This document shows, one piece after another, positions 37,978 through 45,196 of a stretch of 64,000 bases of DNA (the first letter of the stretch is position 1; each line of letters begins with the position of its first letter). Below the pieces are notes generated by a model, which ran no database searches, was not told the DNA's origin, and saw only the letters and a list, made by a program, of their open reading frames with translations. The position numbers and the translations under genes are program-made. The stretch comes from an uncultured virus (IMG/VR IMGVR_UViG_3300035208_000846) (lineage: Duplodnaviria; Heunggongvirae; Uroviricota; Caudoviricetes), in IMG/VR virus record IMGVR_UViG_3300035208_000846, one strand, 5' to 3'.

Positions 37978-39843
37978 TCAGTCTTTCCCTCGTAGTGCGA
38001 TGATCGCGTAAACACCGTAGCCCCAGTAGATACGGTCATACGTGAGAGTACCGCGTCCGCCGTTTCCCCACGATGCGCCCCAGGAGTTCTGGTAGACGAA
38101 CCGCGTCAAGTCGAGTAAGTCAACGCCGAATATCGCATGCCCGGTGTAGCCGAAGTAAATCGGGTAGCCAGCCAACACCATCGTCTGGAGTTCGCGGCGG
38201 TTCTTGATTCGGATCACGCCGTCTTTCGCTACCCGATACTTCGCTGCGTCTGCCAGCGCGTCAGTATTTGGCTTCGCCCTCCAACCCTTCGATCGGGGCC
38301 AAACCTTCTCGGATGGACAGCCGATTGCTTGGAGTACGGCGAGGTTGTCGTGCAGCGTCGAGCCCCGATCCACGCCGCCGGATGTGTACGCATAGACGCC
38401 GTATGGGTTCAGCGTGACGTGCTCGTGTCCGTCCTGGTTACGGCGACACATGAGCCCGCCAACGGCTGACTCGGCCCCGCACGAATTGCCAGAAATCAGT
38501 ACCTTCCCATTTCTTCTGGTAACAAGGATCGAATTCGGAACAGTGGCGCAAAACACCGGCCCTTTGTAGTGTTCTACTCGCGTTGATCGTCTTTCAATCG
38601 ACTGCCTTTTGCTGCCCCATTCTGTGATCGTGATGTCCTTAGTACAGTTGTCGGCGTCAATGTGGCGACCGTCTTTCATAGTGGAAGATCGCGGTGCCCT
38701 CTCGTATGTCCCGCAACGCTTTCCAATTCGCAGCAGCAATTCTTGGATGTCGTCGGCCATTCGCGTACTGGATGTAAAGAAAGCCCGCCGCGAACCACTC
38801 GTTGACTGATCGCCATAGAACTTCAAGAACAGTTCTATTTGCCTCTGGCTGGCGCACTTGATAATTGACGGAATGTGCTTGTGGGGAGAACGGTACACTT
38901 CACCGTCAAACAGATTGGTTCTCATCCAGTGTGCTAGTGCGGGATCGGAGACCTCCCACACGCCTGGGCGAGACTTCGTTTCGACAAATCCCAGTCTGGC
39001 TGCCAATGGTCGAACGATTCCAATACGATCGTCTCGGAAGCAACAAAAACTCGTCCTTCTCCATGTGCTTTCCGCGCCACCGACCCATCCATCAGACGCG
39101 ACCAGGGCGACCAATGCCAGAAAGTCATCGCCATCGTAGATACGATTGCCGACAGTGATTTGTGTCAATTCCGTCCCACAAAAACCACTCGGAGCCGCAA
39201 GCAAGCCAGAATACCATCCAAGTGAATCGGCTCTTTTCATCAGATAGTCCGGATTGAGTGTCCGAATCCGCTCGTTCCACGGACGCACATACATCCGGTG
39301 ATTTGGCGTCACGCAAAAGTCTGTGGATGTGTTTTCTGCACAATACATCATCCCATCATAGTCGTATGCGTGCAGGTCCGTCGGTTTCTGAAACTCCATC
39401 TTGTGGGTTAGTGGATTGATCGTTGCCAACAGTGATGTGCCGTTGTAGCTCTGCCATGACTGCCAGCCAGCGTCCGTCAAGACTTCTGTTTTTTCGTCGT
39501 GGCAGCCGACTTGTCCCTGGTTTAGCGTGACTTTCACGTAATCGTTCGGCGGCGTCCTGTCCTTGTCGGCAATCGCCGCAAGGATTTCCTCGTCGCTCAT
39601 CACGTTGATGCCGGCTTCCTCAAGCGTCAGCGAGTAGAGCACCGGGACGGATTCCGGCCGCTCCATCTCACCGGGGAGCACCAGACCTTTGCGGCAACCC
39701 TGCGGCGGATTGTCGAGCATGGCACATTCAACGGCGTCAAGCTCCATGTCGAGCGAGCCGCCCATCACACGATCTTGCGCCGGCTTGTCCATGTAGCGTG
39801 CCAGCAGTTCGCGGTAGCGTGTCTGCAATTGACCGTCGCTCAT
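37978..39843 (-). CDS. papain-like (C1) cysteine peptidase containing an intein
   Basis: Spliced active site NQGQVG|SCG, GHAI, QNSWGASWGNGG. Confidence 0.85.
   Translation of the reverse strand: MSDGQLQTRYRELLARYMDKPAQDRVMGGSLDMELDAVECAMLDNPPQGCRKGLVLPGEMERPESVPVLYSLTLEEAGINVMSDEEILAAIADKDRTPPNDYVKVTLNQGQVGCHDEKTEVLTDAGWQSWQSYNGTSLLATINPLTHKMEFQKPTDLHAYDYDGMMYCAENTSTDFCVTPNHRMYVRPWNERIRTLNPDYLMKRADSLGWYSGLLAAPSGFCGTELTQITVGNRIYDGDDFLALVALVASDGWVGGAESTWRRTSFCCFRDDRIGIVRPLAARLGFVETKSRPGVWEVSDPALAHWMRTNLFDGEVYRSPHKHIPSIIKCASQRQIELFLKFYGDQSTSGSRRAFFTSSTRMADDIQELLLRIGKRCGTYERAPRSSTMKDGRHIDADNCTKDITITEWGSKRQSIERRSTRVEHYKGPVFCATVPNSILVTRRNGKVLISGNSCGAESAVGGLMCRRNQDGHEHVTLNPYGVYAYTSGGVDRGSTLHDNLAVLQAIGCPSEKVWPRSKGWRAKPNTDALADAAKYRVAKDGVIRIKNRRELQTMVLAGYPIYFGYTGHAIFGVDLLDLTRFVYQNSWGASWGNGGRGTLTYDRIYWGYGVYAIIALRGKD
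38485..39504 (-). mobile_element. intein with a degenerate LAGLIDADG-type endonuclease region
   Basis: Begins CHDEKTEVLT; VTPNHRM; LVASDGW; TSSTRMADDIQELLLRIG; ends VFCATVPN...LISGN followed by Ser+1; 340 aa. Confidence 0.9.
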
Positions 39844-40088
39844 TTCAGCATCTCCGTGATTTTCTTGCACAAGTCGCAATGCGGCCGGTCTTCGTCGTCA
39901 GGCCATTCTCTCGGACACTGTTCATAACACACGCTGGGTTGTGCTTCGGTCAGCAGTTGCTCCATTTCAAGAATCAAGTTGGCACACCACCGTAGCGCTT
40001 TAGGCGTCTCGACAAACTGCTTGTGCATTGTGTCGATCAGATGCGCCAGGCTTGTTGCGGCATTGACAGCATCGCGCGTCTCGCTCAC
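39840..40088 (-). CDS. hypothetical protein
   Basis: GGAGG RBS before the GTG; TGA overlaps the peptidase ATG. Confidence 0.5.
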   Translation of the reverse strand: MSETRDAVNAATSLAHLIDTMHKQFVETPKALRWCANLILEMEQLLTEAQPSVCYEQCPREWPDDEDRPHCDLCKKITEMLK

Positions 40089-40101
40089 TTCAGCGCCTCC
40101 C

Positions 40102-40425
40102 TTAAAATCGTTTCCGTTTTCTGCCAATCTGCCGCTGGTTACTTCGCCATTGCGTGGCCTTGGCAACAGCCCGCACCGCTCGCTGAGTTCTCCACGGCTG
40201 AGTAATGGCAGCAAATGCCCGCTCTGCGCCTTTGTCCCGATTGCCGTTTCTTCGCTTGGCAAGTAAGTCCCGCTTGGCTCGCTTATATTCCTTGCTTTGC
40301 GCAATCAGAACTGGCGAGATCGAATCAGATTTCGTTACACACGTCGCTACCCACTCCAATGGTCCATCTTCAGGAATGAGGCCAGCGCTTTCTGTTGTAC
40401 TGCGATACCAATGCAATGCGGCCAA
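40102..40425 (-). CDS. hypothetical protein
   Basis: 107 aa in operon. Confidence 0.4.
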   Translation of the reverse strand: MAALHWYRSTTESAGLIPEDGPLEWVATCVTKSDSISPVLIAQSKEYKRAKRDLLAKRRNGNRDKGAERAFAAITQPWRTQRAVRAVAKATQWRSNQRQIGRKRKRF

Positions 40426-41133
40426 TCACTCCCCCCTGTGCTTGGAAATCGTCACGATCGTAGCCGTCACGTCATTCGGCAACGTTCCGCTGAACACCAC
40501 TGTTCCGTCGTCGTCCATCAAAAACAAAACAGGCAGCGTCATTGACGCTGCCTTCTCGCAGTATGGCTTCATTGCCGGATCGGTTGAATTCCGATCGACT
40601 GTCAGAAACTTGCCGGCGGGGAACAGTTCCCGGATTGCCGCCGACTCGAAGATGTACCGCTGTTGTATCGGCAATTGCGTCCTGTCTGACCGTTCTTCGA
40701 CGATGATCCCCCACGTCGCCTTGTCGGGCGTCGGTTGCGGTTCTGGATCAGGATCGGGCTCCGGTTCCGGTGACTCGCCAACCGTAACCTGTTTTGACAA
40801 CCACGTCTGCCGCTTAGCATCCCAGTCGATTACGGTCGCCGTCAGAACGTATACCCCGGGTTCTGAAACCCAAAATAGGGCGTTGCCGGCGACCACCCGC
40901 GATGAATCGGTATCCAAGAGCGGCGTCGGCATGAATTCCGCCGTCGAGCCCTCGGGGACGAATCCCACCCGATACCAGGCCGGTTTGCCAGTCTGAACCT
41001 CATCCGGGCCGTCAATGGCAATGATCTGCGATTCGGCTGAAACGGCCGCAGACAGTGGCGGAATTGCCAGTTCCGATCCTCCGTCGCTCGGGACCGCCGC
41101 CAGTAAACAGACAGCCAATAACCACTTGCTCAT
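40426..41133 (-). CDS. exported protein: signal peptide, beta domain, (EP/DP)n linker, thioredoxin-like C-domain
   Basis: MSKWLLAVCLLAAV; PEPEPDPDPEPQP; TLPVLFLMD. Confidence 0.6.
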   Translation of the reverse strand: MSKWLLAVCLLAAVPSDGGSELAIPPLSAAVSAESQIIAIDGPDEVQTGKPAWYRVGFVPEGSTAEFMPTPLLDTDSSRVVAGNALFWVSEPGVYVLTATVIDWDAKRQTWLSKQVTVGESPEPEPDPDPEPQPTPDKATWGIIVEERSDRTQLPIQQRYIFESAAIRELFPAGKFLTVDRNSTDPAMKPYCEKAASMTLPVLFLMDDDGTVVFSGTLPNDVTATIVTISKHRGE

Positions 41134-41204
41134 AATCGTCGGCCTTAAAAAGTGCCGGGTGGCAGGGAAGGAGTGACAAGCCCACCACCCGGCCCCGCAA
41201 CCAA

Positions 41205-41399
41205 TCACTCCGTCAATTTCCGCTTATGGAGAATCCATTTCCGGTTCTTGTCGATCGCGTCCATCCATGCGAGCATTTCGCTCTTGCCGACTCCGAAGAC
41301 CGTTCCCGGTTCCAGTGCGTGCGCCGTCGCCGACTCGCTCGAACCTGCATAGACAAGTCGAGACGTGTCAGACTTCAGGACGCAGTAGTACCGTGCCAT
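41205..41399 (-). CDS. hypothetical protein
   Basis: Short coupled ORF. Confidence 0.45.
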   Translation of the reverse strand: MARYYCVLKSDTSRLVYAGSSESATAHALEPGTVFGVGKSEMLAWMDAIDKNRKWILHKRKLTE

Positions 41400-41776
41400 C
41401 AGTTCGCCTTGATGACGCCGAATTCCTTCAGCAACGCGATTGCCGCCTGGATGATGGCGATAATCACGGTAGGACTGACTTTGCAACGCTCCGCCTCGGC
41501 GGCCAACTCCGGGGCCAACATGACTTTTTCCGTTCCCTCGTCGCCGATGAACATCAGAATCAGTTCATGCAGAGCGGCGAACATTTTCTCGTTCTGAACC
41601 GCGTTCAGGAAAAACCCGGCGATCTTGTCGTCAATCTCCGTGTCCGTCTTCCCGGCCAGATCAACGCCCCACGTCAGCACCGTCGTCAGCCAATCTTGGA
41701 GTTCTTCCCTGTTGGCGAAATCCGGCAGTGTCGTGAGAACCCTGAGCAGCGACAAGAAAATCCGAAACCTAAGCAT
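41399..41776 (-). CDS. hypothetical membrane-associated protein
   Basis: AGGAGG RBS; KTDTEIDD motif; hydrophobic C-terminal helix. Confidence 0.55.
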   Translation of the reverse strand: MLRFRIFLSLLRVLTTLPDFANREELQDWLTTVLTWGVDLAGKTDTEIDDKIAGFFLNAVQNEKMFAALHELILMFIGDEGTEKVMLAPELAAEAERCKVSPTVIIAIIQAAIALLKEFGVIKAN

Positions 41777-41975
41777 CGAACCCCTCCTGTAGATAGCGAT
41801 TGAGAATCGCCGCAAGACGCGCCACGTAATGCCTGGCCGAGTCGTGGTCATCTCGGGTCGCGTTGCCTTCCGCCGCTTCCCAGAGTGGGCGTGCGGTGTT
41901 CAGAGCGGCATCCAGTGCCTCGCAAGCCTCCTGATCCATGACCGCGCCATGCACTGCGATGTGCGATAGCGCCAT
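41769..41975 (-). CDS. hypothetical protein
   Basis: GGAGG RBS, first gene after a putative promoter. Confidence 0.5.
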   Translation of the reverse strand: MALSHIAVHGAVMDQEACEALDAALNTARPLWEAAEGNATRDDHDSARHYVARLAAILNRYLQEGFDA

Positions 41976-41987
41976 TCCCCTCCCATG

Positions 41988-42015
41988 AGTTTACGATAAG
42001 GGGAAATTGCGTCAA
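41988..42015 (-). promoter_or_regulatory. putative promoter of the late block
   Basis: TTGACG, 16 nt spacer, TAAACT. Confidence 0.45.
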
Positions 42016-42017
42016 GG

Positions 42018-42081
42018 AGCCAGCCGGCGGCCCGGGTAGGGGAACGGCGACTACTGCGAGTCGTAACGCCGCCGGCTGGCT
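42018..42081. repeat. 14-bp perfect inverted repeat
   Basis: AGCCAGCCGGCGGC (42018-42031) / GCCGCCGGCTGGCT (42068-42081). Confidence 0.8.
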
Positions 42082-42085
42082 TGAG

Positions 42086-42526
42086 TCATACCGTGATTTC
42101 CGCCTGCATCAGATCGAGTAACCAGAGAGCATCGGCGTGGTTGTCGTCCTCCACGTTCTGCCACTTCATCCTCGCTGCGGCGATCATCTCCCCCTTGCCT
42201 GAGCTTCCTTTTCCTGTGGCGTGTTTCTTGATCGAGCCGGTGTGTCGGTTCGTGACTTCAATATTCCGCTCGGCGGCCACCGTCTCCACCACCCCGATCA
42301 TAGCATGGATGCAATGAGTTGCAGCGCCGCCCCGGTGGTGGGCCTGCTCGTAGGCGATTACGTCAGTCGGAACCATGTCAAGGATTCGGTTCAACCAGGA
42401 TCGGAACGCCAGCCACTTCATCCCCGGAGAATCCCCCCTTCTTGGTGTGAAGTCCTGGACGCCGCTCTCCCCTTGCGAGTGTGCCCAGCCCGTCCGCGTC
42501 CCCAGGTCTAGTGCCAGTATTCGCAT
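42086..42526 (-). CDS. RuvC-like Holliday junction resolvase
   Basis: ILALDLGTRTGWA, IAYE, IKKHATGKG, DDNHADAL. Confidence 0.85.
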   Translation of the reverse strand: MRILALDLGTRTGWAHSQGESGVQDFTPRRGDSPGMKWLAFRSWLNRILDMVPTDVIAYEQAHHRGGAATHCIHAMIGVVETVAAERNIEVTNRHTGSIKKHATGKGSSGKGEMIAAARMKWQNVEDDNHADALWLLDLMQAEITV

Positions 42527-43176
42527 TCCAAACGCTCCCTCAGTTTCTCGATGATTTTCGCCCTTCGCTGCTGGATCGCCTGCTTTGTTCGGTTCATCGA
42601 CGGTGCAACTTCATCCAGCGTTTCCCCTTTGTAAAAAGTGCGACAAATGATCTCTTGCTCGACTGGTGTTAGCTTGCTGATCGCCTGCGAAATCAACTCC
42701 GTCTTCTCTTTCGCCATCACTGTGTCAAGCGGATCGTCGCAGTACTGCATGTCATCGACTTGCACCTGTGCCGGCCGAACGTTCGCCGCCTGCATCCGGT
42801 AATCGTCGCCGTCGAAATCCCAGAACATATTTCTCGGCAATCGGACAAGTGACTTGGAGGAAACGTCGAGCCAGATCGCCTTGCGAATGTGCCAGGTTAC
42901 ATACGTCGAGAACTTCACGTTCCGTTTCGGGTCGAACTGGCTACCGTGGATGCACTCCAGAATCCCGGTGAACGCCGCCGAAACCAACTGCTCAAACGGC
43001 ACGTCGTACTTCCTGGCGGCCCGTTTGGCCAAGCCAACCGCCATCGGTGCAACCGACCAGAACAACCGCTCAGACGCCTCCTTGTTGCCTTTCTTCGCCT
43101 TCCGGAAGGCCGCAAACTGCTCCCGCTTCGACAACACTTTGTACCGCCTCCCCATCTCCGACATCACATTGTCCAT
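42508..43176 (-). CDS. sigma70-family sigma factor
   Basis: Region 2 FDPKRNVKFSTYVTWHIR; region 4 TLDEVA...TKQAIQQ. Confidence 0.85.
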   Translation of the reverse strand: MDNVMSEMGRRYKVLSKREQFAAFRKAKKGNKEASERLFWSVAPMAVGLAKRAARKYDVPFEQLVSAAFTGILECIHGSQFDPKRNVKFSTYVTWHIRKAIWLDVSSKSLVRLPRNMFWDFDGDDYRMQAANVRPAQVQVDDMQYCDDPLDTVMAKEKTELISQAISKLTPVEQEIICRTFYKGETLDEVAPSMNRTKQAIQQRRAKIIEKLRERLECEYWH

Positions 43177-43399
43177 TCGGCCACCGCTTGTATCTCGCCA
43201 TGTTGTTGTTCGAGTCGGCATGAGCGAGATCGTGACAGCGGCGGCAGAGGCAAATCAAATTGCCAAACTCATCCCCCCCACCATGACTACGGAATCGGAT
43301 GTGATGGATGTCCCATCCCGGACTACCGCATCGCTCACAGGGGACCGCCTCATCCTCAGCAAACCCCCAAGACTTACGGTATGCTTCAATATGTGTCAT
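43070..43399 (-). CDS. small HNH nuclease
   Basis: CERCG...DIHHIRFRSHGG...NLICLCRRCH. Confidence 0.75.
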   Translation of the reverse strand: MTHIEAYRKSWGFAEDEAVPCERCGSPGWDIHHIRFRSHGGGDEFGNLICLCRRCHDLAHADSNNNMARYKRWPNGQCDVGDGEAVQSVVEAGAVCGLPEGEERQQGGV

Positions 43400-43847
43400 T
43401 CGATGGGATTCCGATCCTCTGTTCGTGGCACCAGTTCAGAATGAAGTCCAGATAGTCACGCATCTCGTCGTGACTCATTTTGGACTTTTGCACTATTTCT
43501 TCAAGGCCCCGGCTACTGGCGTACAAAACCTTCAGCCAGCGGTCGAGGTTTTCAGCGTTGACGCCGATCGGGATTCGCGTCCCCATGACCTCGGTGAACC
43601 CCAGTTCGCTCCACCCCATCTGCCCCATCCAGGCCAGAATCGTCGGCAAAACAACGCCGTAATAGTACCTCAATTGGCCCCGGTTCCCGCTCGCCGCCGG
43701 CCTGAACGTCACCCGGTAATACTTCCCGTCCTGCTGTTCGGCTACCCAGGACAGGTATCCCTCGTCATTCAGGAACTTCAGGCGGCCGTCAGACTTCAGC
43801 ATCATGAATTCGTGACTCACGTTCCATTCACCCTTTTTCTCTCCCAC
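43386..43847 (-). CDS. NinB-like protein
   Basis: QLRYYYGVV...SKMSHDEMRDYLDFI...GIP. Confidence 0.55.
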   Translation of the reverse strand: MGEKKGEWNVSHEFMMLKSDGRLKFLNDEGYLSWVAEQQDGKYYRVTFRPAASGNRGQLRYYYGVVLPTILAWMGQMGWSELGFTEVMGTRIPIGVNAENLDRWLKVLYASSRGLEEIVQKSKMSHDEMRDYLDFILNWCHEQRIGIPSNDTY

Positions 43848-44263
43848 TCGATCCCCGCCATGAACGCCTCCACCACCGGCCCGTCGTACTCCCCGTTCTG
43901 CGTCAGCGACTTCCTGAACTCTATCGCCGCGAACACCTCCTCCTTCGCAAGTTCCCTCCCTGTCTTCTCTTTCTCGTATACCTTCGGATGTCCCAGCGCC
44001 AGTTTACACGCCTCCATCAGCGTCTCAACCGTCGTCTCCTCACCACTCGGCCACCGCACCTTCCCTGTCCCCGGCCAGTAGTCCAATAGTCTCTCACTCC
44101 CCCGTCCGTTGAAGAAGATGTGCAGCGATGTTCTCCTACCTCCTATCCCAAACTCCCTCACCTCCACCTTCACCCCTTTCGACTCTGCCAGTTTTCTCGC
44201 TCTCCCCAAGTCTTCTATCGCCGCCACGCACCCGTCCTTCATCGGTTTCTTTGCTCGACTCAT
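43817..44263 (-). CDS. hypothetical protein
   Basis: 148 aa; LDYWPGTGK. Confidence 0.55.
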   Translation of the reverse strand: MSRAKKPMKDGCVAAIEDLGRARKLAESKGVKVEVREFGIGGRRTSLHIFFNGRGSERLLDYWPGTGKVRWPSGEETTVETLMEACKLALGHPKVYEKEKTGRELAKEEVFAAIEFRKSLTQNGEYDGPVVEAFMAGIEWERKRVNGT

Positions 44264-44724
44264 GATTCTCCCTCTCCCGTTTTCCAGCCCGTTCGTTTCC
44301 CGGCCCCCTCAACCGCCCGCCTGAATTACTCACTTTCCTGCTCGATAAGATACCACCACAACCGTAACCACCCCACTGTCATGGGAAATGCCAACCGCTC
44401 GAATTCAAGTCAGGGACGAGACATCGCGTTGAACATCGCGCAAGACCCCCCCTCCCCACAATACCGCAATACAACGCCTTGCATCGGTCGCCACTGGCCA
44501 GGTGTCGGATTTTCAGCAAGTATCCGCCTGGGTTCGGACGATCTCCTCGGCTCCGGGGAGTACCTAACGACGAACAGGGTTTCGCCGCGGGGCTGGGACG
44601 GTTCTAGCGCTCCTTTTCCGGTCTCCTCGACCAACCAGCATACCCGATTTGCGCCAAGCCTTTTTGCCGCAGCAGTAGGTAGCCTGGCCGTTGAACCTGT
44701 CGGCAACTGAGCCTATCTGCACTG

Positions 44725-45045
44725 TTATTTTTTTCTGCCTCTCCTGAGATACTCGCGCAGAAAATCACGCAAATTGGCGATCCTCCACGTCGGATGTTCC
44801 AACTCATAAGCCACCCATATTAGGTAGGCAAGTGGAACCTCAGAAATGGCTTTGTTTTTGTGTTTGCCGAACCAGAGCTTGGAATTCTCGTTCCATGCGT
44901 TCGGATGATTGCGTTTCGTCCGTTTTGGCTTTGCTTTTTTCGGACTCGTTTTACGCTTGTCTAGTCCGGCCTTCTCTTCCTTTTCGTAGCGAACAGGGCC
45001 GTACTTTTTCCGAAGAGCGGCAGTTCTCCAGGTATCCTTTGGCAT
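44725..45045 (-). CDS. DUF3820-like small protein
   Basis: FGKHKNKAISEVPLAYLIW. Confidence 0.65.
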   Translation of the reverse strand: MPKDTWRTAALRKKYGPVRYEKEEKAGLDKRKTSPKKAKPKRTKRNHPNAWNENSKLWFGKHKNKAISEVPLAYLIWVAYELEHPTWRIANLRDFLREYLRRGRKK

Positions 45046-45196
45046 GGATTCTCACCCTTGCAAGAAGAACCTGGATGACTTAGAATTCTCGTCAGACATG
45101 GCGACTCCTGAGTAAGTTGCCGATGTTTAGAGAAGGCATGAGCGATCATGCCTTTTCGTATTTCTAGGATGAGTATAGCGCATTTGTGTTTTTCGT

